Origin: Candidatus Cloacimonadales bacterium | GTDB taxonomy: Bacteria > Cloacimonadota > Cloacimonadia > Cloacimonadales > JAFGVF01 | Direction of reading: 5' to 3' | Assembly (NCBI GenBank): GCA_963667035.1 | Contig: OY762964.1 | Span: 546,815-610,814, forward strand | Length of the DNA stretch: 64,000 nucleotides | Shown here: positions 47,955-57,386 of the stretch, one piece after another | Numbering within the stretch: position 1 is the first letter of the stretch | Layout of the letters: every line of letters begins with the position of its first letter | Translations under genes and position numbers: made by a program | Notes under the pieces: model-generated | Database searches by the model: none | What the model was told of the DNA's origin: nothing | What the model saw: only the letters and a program-made list of their open reading frames with translations

Positions 47955-49342
47955 ACCCCAAACATAGACCCGGCGGAATAGCAGAAATGCTGGCTATTGC
48001 TCTTCCCATGGTTATTTCCATGGCATGCGACGGAGTAATGGTTTTTACCGATAGACTCTTTTTAGCGAGTCTAAGTCCGGTACATATGAATGCAGCAATG
48101 GGTGGTGGTGTTATGATTTCCACTTTTACATTGTTCTTCGTAGGCTTAACCGGATATTCTACCGCATTAGTCGCTCAATATCTTGGAGCGGGATTGAAGA
48201 AAAAATCAGCGAATGTGACTTTTCAAGCCATTATCATCTCTTTGCTTTCTTTCCCCGTTTTTGTTCTGGTAAGACCCTTGGCAGGATTGCTCTTCAGTTT
48301 GATGAAGATTCCTCCTGAACAGCTTGTTTTACAGAATCAATATTTTAATATCCTGATTCTGGGGTCAGTATTTGCAATCCTTAGAAACAGCTTCAGCTGT
48401 TTCTTTTCAGGGATTGGTAAAACCAAATACGTTATGATTTCGGCAATTGGAGCCATGGTCGTTAATGTAATAGCAAATTATTGCCTGATATTTGGCAAAT
48501 TTGGAGCACCTGCCTTAGGTATTAGAGGTGCAGCTATCGGTACAATCATAGGTAGTATTTTTGGTATGATCCTATTGATGTTTGCATATTTCTCAAAGAA
48601 TAATAGAGAAGAATACAATGTTATGGCATCCTCTAAGTTTAATATGGATATGATGAAGAAACTTCTTTATTACGGATCTCCTCAAGGTTTTGAAAGCTTA
48701 TTGAATATGCTTGCCTTCTCAATTATGGTTTACATATTTTATGCTCAAGGTAATGTCGTTGCAACTGCAACAACCGTGATGTTTAACTGGGACTACGTCT
48801 CATTTATTCCGCTTATTGGAGTTGAAATTGGTGTAACAAGTCTGGTAGGGAGATACATGGGAGCTGGCGATCCTGATACAGCACATAAAGCTACAATGTC
48901 TGGGATAAAAACAGGTTTCCTGTATTCTGCGTTGTGTTTCCTTCTATTCTTCCTGATTCCTGAACCACTCGTGAGAATGTTTAAACCGAATGAAACTGTT
49001 GAGATTTTTGAACAAGCAGTACCAATAGCTGTTATGATGCTCAGAATTGCTACTCTATATATTTTAGCTGAATCAGTTATGATAAGCTTTGTAGGGGCTT
49101 TAAGAGGAGCAGGAGATACTTACTGGGCGATGCGTTCATCAGTGATTTTACACTGGTTGTTTGTACCGATTATTTGGGTGTCTTTCAATGTTTTCCATTT
49201 CTCAGCAATCACTGGTTGGATTATCCTGGTATCATTTATACTTATATTCTGCCTTGTCTTCGCCTGGAGATACTATAAGGGAAAATGGCGAACCTTAAAA
49301 GTTATCGAAACTCCGGGAGTTGATTTTCCCGAATATTTATAA
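47951..49342 (+). CDS. MATE-family efflux transporter
   Basis: 463 aa with about 12 TM helices and a typical MATE N-terminus (LAIALPMVISMACDGVMVFTDRLFL). Its start overlaps the helicase stop. Confidence 0.9.
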   Translation: MNPKHRPGGIAEMLAIALPMVISMACDGVMVFTDRLFLASLSPVHMNAAMGGGVMISTFTLFFVGLTGYSTALVAQYLGAGLKKKSANVTFQAIIISLLSFPVFVLVRPLAGLLFSLMKIPPEQLVLQNQYFNILILGSVFAILRNSFSCFFSGIGKTKYVMISAIGAMVVNVIANYCLIFGKFGAPALGIRGAAIGTIIGSIFGMILLMFAYFSKNNREEYNVMASSKFNMDMMKKLLYYGSPQGFESLLNMLAFSIMVYIFYAQGNVVATATTVMFNWDYVSFIPLIGVEIGVTSLVGRYMGAGDPDTAHKATMSGIKTGFLYSALCFLLFFLIPEPLVRMFKPNETVEIFEQAVPIAVMMLRIATLYILAESVMISFVGALRGAGDTYWAMRSSVILHWLFVPIIWVSFNVFHFSAITGWIILVSFILIFCLVFAWRYYKGKWRTLKVIETPGVDFPEYL

Positions 49343-49347
49343 AGATT

Positions 49348-49378
49348 AAAAGTGACTCGGAATTGAGTCACTTTTTTT
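49348..49378 (+). terminator. Rho-independent terminator after the MATE gene
   Basis: AGTGACTC-GGAATT-GAGTCACT followed by TTTTTT. Confidence 0.75.
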
Positions 49379-49552
49379 ATGAATGGGCTATTGATGCATA
49401 AATAGAACTCTTCTCACAATAGAAACATATTCAAATCATTATTCATGCAAGTAAGATAACAAAGAATAATAGTTAAAAGTAAAAACTTTAATTGACTTAA
49501 TTAGTAATCTTTCATATCTTTGATATTAATCAATGGAGGATAACTATTTATT

Positions 49553-50803
49553 ATGTATTTACTACAAAAGATTACTGGAAACAAGTTTAACCGAATTAAT
49601 TCAATTATTGATTCATATAATTATACTCAGAATAATTTCATCAATCTTATTGCCTGTGTATGTTATATTTTTCCAGAAGTTATAGAAGCGATGAAATTCC
49701 CATTATCCACTTTGCCAACAGAAGGATTAATGAATAATAGATATTTCCCAACATATGATTATATGGAAAGAATTGAAGTATTATCACAAGAGCAAGCCTT
49801 GAAATTGTTTAAAATTAGTTCTGGTTATAAAGTAAACATACAACCACATTCAGGAACTCAAGCTAACCATATTATTTACAATGCAATATTAAAGGATGGA
49901 GATAGGGTTATTAGCATGTCTCCTTTTGATGGCGGACATATTTCACACACTAAATTAGCTGGAAGAAAATTAGAGTTACTTCATTTCTATTTGAATGACG
50001 ACTACAAACTGGATTACAATCTGATTGAGAATATGATTATGGAGTTTAAACCAACTCTGTTAATTGCAGGAGTTAGTTCTTATCCAAGAGAAATTGACTT
50101 CCAACTTCTATCACAGATATCACACAAGCATAATTGCTATATTCTTGCTGATATAAGTCATACTGCTATATTTGTTGCAGGAGAAGTACATAAAAACGTT
50201 TTCCCATATGTAGATTTTGCTACTTTCACTATGGAAAAAAACTTGAGAGGTCCTCATGGAGGAGTTATCATTTATAAAGAGAAATTTCACAAGGCAATAT
50301 CATATTCAACATTCCCTATATCCCAAGGAGGTCCTATACAAAATATGCTTTTTGGTAAACTTGTTGCATTTGAATTACTAAATCAAACAAATGTTAAAGA
50401 ATATGCTAATAGATTGGTTTCAAATGCCAGGAGTGTATCTAAAACATTATTAGAGAGAGGTTGCGATGTTGTAACTTCAGGGACAGATAGTCACATAATC
50501 TTAGTTAATACTAAATCTCATGGACTTCTAGGTAATAAAGCTGAGAATATCCTAGAAAAGAACAGAATTTTGGTAAATCGAAATCTGATTCCAAAAGATA
50601 AAGAGAAACCTTTAATTACTTCTGGGATTAGAATAGGGAGTACTACAATTACTAATCTTAATTATGAGTTTGTAGACGTCATAAATTTATCCAATACTTT
50701 AGCTGATGTATTATTGAATAGAAAAACTGATGAACATAATGTAAGATATCTATTGAACAAATACCATAGTAGTATCAATATCTCCAGTGAGGAGACAAAA
50801 TAA
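49553..50803 (+). CDS. Divergent serine hydroxymethyltransferase-family PLP enzyme (paralog, function uncertain)
   Basis: 416 aa, colinear with GlyA. Matching regions are NIQPHSGTQANHIIYNAIL, FDGGHISH, ADISHTA, the PLP-lysine context TMEKNLRGPHGG and SGIRIGSTTITN. The canonical N-terminal motifs are altered (see findings). Confidence 0.65.
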   Translation: MYLLQKITGNKFNRINSIIDSYNYTQNNFINLIACVCYIFPEVIEAMKFPLSTLPTEGLMNNRYFPTYDYMERIEVLSQEQALKLFKISSGYKVNIQPHSGTQANHIIYNAILKDGDRVISMSPFDGGHISHTKLAGRKLELLHFYLNDDYKLDYNLIENMIMEFKPTLLIAGVSSYPREIDFQLLSQISHKHNCYILADISHTAIFVAGEVHKNVFPYVDFATFTMEKNLRGPHGGVIIYKEKFHKAISYSTFPISQGGPIQNMLFGKLVAFELLNQTNVKEYANRLVSNARSVSKTLLERGCDVVTSGTDSHIILVNTKSHGLLGNKAENILEKNRILVNRNLIPKDKEKPLITSGIRIGSTTITNLNYEFVDVINLSNTLADVLLNRKTDEHNVRYLLNKYHSSINISSEETK

Positions 50804-53126
50804 ATAGAAATTGTATTAATCCATCATTTATAGGTAATTTAATAACTAGCTCATTACCTGTTTCTTTTCTTGCATTAAGTCTTGTTAGGAAATAGCTAGA
50901 GATTTGAATTGTTTTGTTAGTTACTAAACAACTTTCAATTGATACTAGATTGTAACCTATACAAAACTGCATCCATGGATCTTGAATTTTAGTAACACAT
51001 TCATACATTTTTTCTATTTCACTCTTAGCCATTAGAATATCCAATTCTTTTAAGGCAATATTAATAATAATCTGATTATTCGACAGCATTAATTGATCTA
51101 ATATTAGTGACTTAGGATAAGAATCAATCGCTCTTTCGATGTATTCTTTTGCGATATCATATTTTCTATTTATCGTATATAAAGCAGCCATATTACACAA
51201 TGGTTCAAAAATTTCATTAGAGTTTATTTGATTAAACAACTCTATGGAATTTGATAAATTTCTCTCAGCTTCAGGATAACTGTGGTTCCATAAATAAACT
51301 AATCCTAAATTGTTTAGCGCAGTAGCTCTACCAAACAGAAAATTGTTTTGTCTGAAATAATTGTAAACACTTTTCAGATTTATAATAGCTTTCTCATAAC
51401 TAAAATAATGTGCTGAGTTTCTTAAAATTACGAAATATGACTCATCATTGGTTGGTGGAAGATTATAGATTATTTCTTTTGCTTCTTTATCGTAGCAAAG
51501 GTGTTGGTAAATGTTTAACCTATACAAGATTGTTTCCAATTTGTTGTTATCTAATTGAGTGCATACTTTTAACGCTTCTTTAAAGTGATAGGATTGAGTT
51601 AGGTACTTAACCTTATATAGCAAATAATCTGAAGTTTTTGCATAAGTTGTATCTTCAATAATTCTAATTGCTTCAATTCCTAAATAAATCTCAGAAGTTT
51701 TTTGAAATGAGTCAAGTAACTGAGTGACCGAGATATCTGGCAAAATGGTTATTATTTCTTTATACGCTTTATAAATAAGGATGATGTATTGATACATATT
51801 ATTATTATATTGAATGTCGATTAGTCGTATAACGTAATCAAGTTTGGTCTTATATTGATTTATTGAAAAAATACCAACAAAGCAGTGGAGTATATAAGAA
51901 TAATCATTAGGAGCTATGTTAGTATTAAACAGCTCCTCCATTGCAATCAAGATATCATCTCTAATCTGGAGAAACTCTTCATCAGTTAAACCTTTCTTTG
52001 TAGAAGTAATAATCTTCTCGTGAGCTGGTTTAAGAAGTTGTCCATTAGAACTATTTAGTACTATGTATCCAATCTTTACCAAATCTCTAATGCTATCCTC
52101 AATAACATCATTTTCGTTTCCATTCAGAATAGACTTAAGTAACTCTATAATGTATTTCTTTTTCATTCCTGCAGGAAACATTGATGAGATTGTTACCAAA
52201 TATTTTTTTATATAAGGAAAATAGCATATTGTTTCTGTGATATCATAAATACTTTTTCTTGTAGTTGGCTCTTTATAAGCATTTAAGAACAATTCCATTT
52301 CTTTTAAGTTACCTAATGTTTTTTCATAACACCTATTAGCAACGAACATAGCTTCTTCATGATTGCAGTGTATAACTTTTTTTACTAATTCTATGATCTC
52401 ATCAATGTTAAATTGAGAAAGGGATATGAGTAAACTACTTTTAGTAAAAGTAGAAGCAAGATTAAAATTATCAATATCTAAAATTGTTCTGTTAATAAAT
52501 ATAAAATTTATCTCTTTTTTTAATCGCGAAATATGAGACTCAAAAAGAGTTTTAGTATATTTAGGTAGAAATTGATAGTTATCTATGGCAATATAGGTTT
52601 TAGTTTTATTTGCTATATAATCTAAGTATTTATATAAGGTAATCATTATATCTGGTGTAGGATCATGAGAATTCTTTTTAAATAAATTTCTCGGGAAAAG
52701 CTCTTTTAAAGGTTTTCCAAATGAAGGTATTAATTCTAAAGTTGATGAGATAGTTTTAACCAGTTTATTTATAGCAGACTTCTTTAATCCTGAGGATTTT
52801 AAAAAGGCAGGGAATGTACATCCTTTTAAAACATTTAGTGGATAGTTAAATTCAAACGAATGCTCATTCCAAGCACAATAGATTAAATATTCAGCAAAAA
52901 GAGTAATAGTAAAATCATCATTACTCAAATCTATGTAAATCATAGTAACATCTTTTTGAATTGTATATATTGAATGCATTAACTCCTTTACTAGAAAAGT
53001 TTTTCCTGTACCAGAATTACCTTCTACGATAAGGAGTTTAGGTTGTTTCTTTTCTATATTCTTGAAAAAAGACATAGCAGAATCAATTAAGCATTGTCTC
53101 ACAACGAATGGAAATCTAGAACCCAT
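50775..53126 (-). CDS. P-loop NTPase (AAA_16/STAND-like) with a C-terminal TPR-like repeat region
   Basis: 783 aa. The sequence FVVRQ...KKQPKLLIVEGNSGTGKTFLVKEL carries Walker A, and TYIAIDNYQFL looks like Walker B. The C-terminus is long and helical with TPR-like units (ALNNLGLVYLWNHSYPEAERNLSNSIELF). I found no recognisable HTH or enzymatic effector domain. Confidence 0.6.
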   Translation of the reverse strand: MGSRFPFVVRQCLIDSAMSFFKNIEKKQPKLLIVEGNSGTGKTFLVKELMHSIYTIQKDVTMIYIDLSNDDFTITLFAEYLIYCAWNEHSFEFNYPLNVLKGCTFPAFLKSSGLKKSAINKLVKTISSTLELIPSFGKPLKELFPRNLFKKNSHDPTPDIMITLYKYLDYIANKTKTYIAIDNYQFLPKYTKTLFESHISRLKKEINFIFINRTILDIDNFNLASTFTKSSLLISLSQFNIDEIIELVKKVIHCNHEEAMFVANRCYEKTLGNLKEMELFLNAYKEPTTRKSIYDITETICYFPYIKKYLVTISSMFPAGMKKKYIIELLKSILNGNENDVIEDSIRDLVKIGYIVLNSSNGQLLKPAHEKIITSTKKGLTDEEFLQIRDDILIAMEELFNTNIAPNDYSYILHCFVGIFSINQYKTKLDYVIRLIDIQYNNNMYQYIILIYKAYKEIITILPDISVTQLLDSFQKTSEIYLGIEAIRIIEDTTYAKTSDYLLYKVKYLTQSYHFKEALKVCTQLDNNKLETILYRLNIYQHLCYDKEAKEIIYNLPPTNDESYFVILRNSAHYFSYEKAIINLKSVYNYFRQNNFLFGRATALNNLGLVYLWNHSYPEAERNLSNSIELFNQINSNEIFEPLCNMAALYTINRKYDIAKEYIERAIDSYPKSLILDQLMLSNNQIIINIALKELDILMAKSEIEKMYECVTKIQDPWMQFCIGYNLVSIESCLVTNKTIQISSYFLTRLNARKETGNELVIKLPINDGLIQFLFILSPHWRY

Positions 53127-53142
53127 AATAAATAGTTATCAT

Positions 53143-54105
53143 TTATTCATTCAACACCTCCTTACTCATTGAAAATTTCCGTCTTGGATGTTTTGAGTTT
53201 AGGATTTTCTTTTGGCTCTTTCTATTTACATGAGTATATATTTGGGTTGTATTGATTGAGCTATGTCCCAGAAAGTGTTGAATATACTTTATATCTACAC
53301 CCTCTTCCAATAGAAGAGTAGCGAAGGTATGTCGGAAGGTATGAGGAGTGATTTTTTTATCTATTTTCGCTAATTTAACATATCTGTTTATCATAAATCG
53401 TACTGATTGAGCTGAAATGTTATTGTCTAATCTGTTAAGAAAAAAGTAGGTTCTATTAGGGTGATTTTTAGCAATTGCTATATCAAAGTTCCTAAGAGAT
53501 TGAATAATTTCTTTACTACAGATATGTATGATTCTTTCTTTTGCTCCTTTCCCATAAACAATAATATGATTACTTTTTAGATCAATTTGATTGTGCTTGA
53601 GTGAACAAAGCTCCGAAATTCTTATTCCTGTTCCAAACAATAACTCTAGAATCGCAATATCCCTACAACATGAAGTGTAAGTATAGTGACTGGAGTTTAT
53701 CATAGAGTTCTTAAAATTGTATGCAGAAGTAAGTATTCTTTTTACTTCGCTTAATGTTAGCACATTAGGTAGAGTTTTAGGAACCTTAAGTTTGATGCGT
53801 AGTTTCCTAAAAGGGTTTACAGCTATAATATCTTCAAATTCAAGATAGTTTAAGAATGATTTTAAAGACGCTATTTTCCTTTTAGCTGTTTTAACTTTGT
53901 ATGAAGACACTAAAAATTCCACATACTGTCTGATTAATGCCTTGTCTAAATTAGATATATCCGATTGAGAATCACCTGTCTTTTCATTAATAAAGTTCAT
54001 GAATTGAGTAAAATCCGATTTATATGCCGATAAGGTTTTCTTACTTAGGTTCTTCTCATAAGTGCAATGAAAAGTAAACTGCTCCAAACATTCTTTAACT
54101 GTCAT
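53143..54105 (-). CDS. Tyrosine site-specific recombinase (XerC/XerD-like integrase family)
   Basis: 320 aa with an N-terminal SAM-like domain (LSKKTLSAYKSDFTQFMNFI). The catalytic region contains R (GTGIRISEL), HTFRHTFATLLL and GHSSINTTQIYTH (catalytic Tyr). Confidence 0.9.
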   Translation of the reverse strand: MTVKECLEQFTFHCTYEKNLSKKTLSAYKSDFTQFMNFINEKTGDSQSDISNLDKALIRQYVEFLVSSYKVKTAKRKIASLKSFLNYLEFEDIIAVNPFRKLRIKLKVPKTLPNVLTLSEVKRILTSAYNFKNSMINSSHYTYTSCCRDIAILELLFGTGIRISELCSLKHNQIDLKSNHIIVYGKGAKERIIHICSKEIIQSLRNFDIAIAKNHPNRTYFFLNRLDNNISAQSVRFMINRYVKLAKIDKKITPHTFRHTFATLLLEEGVDIKYIQHFLGHSSINTTQIYTHVNRKSQKKILNSKHPRRKFSMSKEVLNE

Positions 54106-54310
54106 TTAAACTCCCCAATTTAAATGTAGAACAACTTAGGAATATAGAATATCATGTCTATAGTGAATTTGGAAAAGAGTAATCAATAGTTCCATGACTA
54201 ACTATCAACTTTCATAATCTAATCAGTATGGTATCAGTTATGTTTCTCAATAATCTGATTGACTAAACACGAAGGTCAGAAATATTCTCTGAGAATAAGG
54301 AGAGTATATT

Positions 54311-57202
54311 ATGAGACTAAAGATAGTTTTTTCGATATTGTTACTGGTATTGCTGTCCATATTGATAGCCAGACCTCATTTTGAGGAACCTACACCTACA
54401 TATGAAACGGAACAATACTTTAAAAGTTATATTAGAGCTGATTCATTGCATGGTTTTGATGTTGAGAAATATGAGATTTATCTATCCATTGATGATCAGG
54501 CACAATATATAAATGGAAATGTAATTGCAACGGTAACAGCAGAAGAGAATCTTCAGTCGATAGAATGGGATCTTTGTGGGCTAACTGCAACAGCAGTTGA
54601 AGTTAATGGAATAATGCAGAATAATTTTTCACAAAATGATACTCATGTAATAATTCCATTAGCAGGAATATCCAATGGTGATCAGTTCTCAACAACAGTT
54701 TACTATTCAGGTAATCCATCTTTGAGCCCTTCTCCTTATGGATGCGGGATGTTCTTCAGAACCGGCTCTGTCTTCACTATTTCCGACCCGGATGCGTCAC
54801 GATATTGGTGGCCATGCTATGATCATCCATGGGATAAAGCTTTAGTTGATTTGCATGTAACCGTTAGAGACGATTGGGTCGCAGCATGTAACGGATTAAG
54901 AGATTCTATAGAGGATAATGGGGACGGTACGAGAACCCATCACTGGTTAGGCTCAAACCCTATGACTACATATCTTGCTTGTATAACAGCCGGTAATTAT
55001 CAGGAACTTCCTTTGCAATACTACAACGATATACCAATTCAAGATTTTGTTTTACCTAATCAGGTAGCAAATGCAACTGAAGATTTATCTAGATTGCCTG
55101 ATATGATGAGTGCTTTCTCCCAGATGTTTGGAGAGTATCCCTTTGAAAAATACGGACAGACAACTGTAAGTATGGGAGTATATGGTGCTATGGAACATCA
55201 AACTATGACTACTCTCAATAGTTACATGATAACAGGAACACATCTTTATGATACTACTTATGCTCATGAACTTGCTCATCAATGGTTTGGTAATTGCCTA
55301 AGCGTGCTTACTTTTAAAGATATATGGTTATCAGAGGGATTTGCTACATACTCAGAAGCTCTTTGGACTGAATATGATCAGGGATACGAAGCAATGTGCG
55401 AGTACTTTCAAGATAACATATCGGGTTATTATCTATCCTATGCAAATAGTCATGGACCTCAGACAACCTACGATCCAGCCTTCAATGCTATATTTACTCC
55501 GGTATCTTACGAGAAACCCGGCTCTGTTCTTCATATGCTAAGAGCAAGAGTGGGGAATGAGATGTTTTTCGATATTCTCCAATCCTGGTTTCAGGAGCAC
55601 CATAATGGTAATGTGATTACTTCTGAGTTTCAAGCAAAATGCGAAGAGTTAACGGGAGAGGACTTTAGTCAGTTCTTTGACCAATGGATATATGGTTCCG
55701 GAATCCCGGAATTAGAATATAGTGTCTTTTACAACTATAATCTAGCCATACCTAGATATAAAGTATATGCTAAATCCATATCAAATACTGATACGGAATT
55801 TGTTCTTGATATTCCTTTCCATTACAATAGTCCTACTTTAGCAGATAGTTCGTTAGTACAAGCCGGACCGGAAGTAACAGAATCCATAGTACTTCTTAAC
55901 TATATTCCTACCGGCTACAGCATAGACCCTAATAATTGGATGCTCTTGAGAGGAATGACAGAGAAAAGGGTAGAAATTGTTGATGCTTACGCCGGAGTCA
56001 GCAGTGCAAGGGTTTCTTGGTCTCCTTACTGGACAGATGTTCAACCTGTTGGTTACTATATCTATAGAGCTACATTTGACGGTCCGTTTATACTCCAAAC
56101 AATAGAACCTATCACAGGAACCGAATGGGTAGACAGTGATTTATCTCCCGAGACAGAGTATTCTTACTATGTGGTTGCCGTTGATAATCAAGGTTTTGAA
56201 TCAATGCCGTCTGAGACACGTATTGTTAGGACAATAGATATGCCAATGGATCAGGGAATGCTTGTAGTTGATGAAACTAGAGATTTAGGCGGTACAATAC
56301 TTTCTCCTAATGATCTGCAGGTAGACGATTTTTATAGAACAATATTCGAAGATATGATTTATACAGAATATGATTATGCTTCTCAAGGTACTATTACTTC
56401 TCAGATACTTGGACAGTATTCTACAGTTTTTTGGCATAATGATGATTTTACCGAGTTGCTTATTAATGATAATCTAAATGCTTTAGGTAGCTACATTCTT
56501 GAAGGAGGAAATCTAATTCTCTCAGGGTTTAAGATTGCCGGACAAATTGACCAGGATTTTCTTACTCAATACTTCCCTAACTTAACACCCATTTATGCAA
56601 ATAATTCAGTGTTTGAATATGCATATAGTAATGAATATCCCAGCTTGATAATAGATCAATCAAAGCTCCCTGCAAATTGGAATCAGAACCTCAGAATGAC
56701 ATATAGCTTCCCTAATTATTCCGAAAATGCTATCTATAATGCCGATTATTCCGATACAGAGCCAACAGATGGTAATGGAGTTATTATAGCTACTGACACC
56801 GGAGGTTCTCTAACGATTAGCGGTATACCTCTATATATGTTTGAGATCGACGGTGTGAGGAGTTTTCTTAATCAGTATATTGCTTCTATTGACGAATCAG
56901 TGAGTAATAATGAACAACAGCAGGAATTAGGGGTTATTGCTATTAATGCGTATCCGAATCCATTTAATCCCGAACTGAATATAAAAATAGAAGGTTTGAG
57001 TGATGAAAGGGTTGAAGTTTCTATATACAATGTCAAGGGACAGAAAGTAATGGCTTTATTCAATGATGTTGTTAAAGGAAGCAAGGAGCTTGTTTGGTCA
57101 GGTAGAGATAGCAATAATCATAAAATGGGGTCAGGCATATATTTTGTGAAAGTCAAAACAGATAGTGTAGCAACTACTAGAAAGATAATATTGCTTAAAT
57201 AG
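54311..57202 (+). CDS. Secreted M1-family aminopeptidase with Fn3-like module and C-terminal sorting domain
   Basis: 963 aa with a signal peptide, a GAMEN-type motif (YGAMEHQ) and the zinc site HELAHQWFGN...WLSEGFATY. It has an Fn3-like segment (YYIYRA...EYSYYVVAVDNQGFES) and ends in AYPNPFNPEL.... Confidence 0.85.
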   Translation: MRLKIVFSILLLVLLSILIARPHFEEPTPTYETEQYFKSYIRADSLHGFDVEKYEIYLSIDDQAQYINGNVIATVTAEENLQSIEWDLCGLTATAVEVNGIMQNNFSQNDTHVIIPLAGISNGDQFSTTVYYSGNPSLSPSPYGCGMFFRTGSVFTISDPDASRYWWPCYDHPWDKALVDLHVTVRDDWVAACNGLRDSIEDNGDGTRTHHWLGSNPMTTYLACITAGNYQELPLQYYNDIPIQDFVLPNQVANATEDLSRLPDMMSAFSQMFGEYPFEKYGQTTVSMGVYGAMEHQTMTTLNSYMITGTHLYDTTYAHELAHQWFGNCLSVLTFKDIWLSEGFATYSEALWTEYDQGYEAMCEYFQDNISGYYLSYANSHGPQTTYDPAFNAIFTPVSYEKPGSVLHMLRARVGNEMFFDILQSWFQEHHNGNVITSEFQAKCEELTGEDFSQFFDQWIYGSGIPELEYSVFYNYNLAIPRYKVYAKSISNTDTEFVLDIPFHYNSPTLADSSLVQAGPEVTESIVLLNYIPTGYSIDPNNWMLLRGMTEKRVEIVDAYAGVSSARVSWSPYWTDVQPVGYYIYRATFDGPFILQTIEPITGTEWVDSDLSPETEYSYYVVAVDNQGFESMPSETRIVRTIDMPMDQGMLVVDETRDLGGTILSPNDLQVDDFYRTIFEDMIYTEYDYASQGTITSQILGQYSTVFWHNDDFTELLINDNLNALGSYILEGGNLILSGFKIAGQIDQDFLTQYFPNLTPIYANNSVFEYAYSNEYPSLIIDQSKLPANWNQNLRMTYSFPNYSENAIYNADYSDTEPTDGNGVIIATDTGGSLTISGIPLYMFEIDGVRSFLNQYIASIDESVSNNEQQQELGVIAINAYPNPFNPELNIKIEGLSDERVEVSIYNVKGQKVMALFNDVVKGSKELVWSGRDSNNHKMGSGIYFVKVKTDSVATTRKIILLK

Positions 57203-57221
57203 CATAAACTATTCCTAATAG

Positions 57222-57248
57222 AAGGTCATGGATTTCCATGACCTTTTT
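57222..57248 (+). terminator. Rho-independent terminator after the M1 peptidase gene
   Basis: AAGGTCATGG-ATTT-CCATGACCTT followed by TTT. Confidence 0.75.
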
Positions 57249-57331
57249 GGTGCAGCGAAAACCAACGGCTGATCTGGTGGTCATGATTATAGTTGGAATG
57301 TGCATTGAATGCAAAACGAGGAATAAATAGT

Positions 57332-57360
57332 TTGACAGGCATGTCTGTTTATGATATCAA
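57332..57360 (+). promoter_or_regulatory. Candidate promoter of the SPFH gene
   Basis: TTGACA (57332-57337), 17 nt, TATCAA (57355-57360). It contains TTGACA-GG-CATGT. Confidence 0.35.
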
Positions 57361-57386
57361 AAATCATACTATATTTAGGAGGAAAT

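Noticed and set aside
54106-54310. Direct repeats (att sites) flanking the recombinase island, comparing 49379-49552 with 54106-54310
   Set aside because: Only a short AT-rich near-match was found (CTTTCATATC versus CTTTCATAATC). This is not distinguishable from chance by eye, so the island borders remain undefined.
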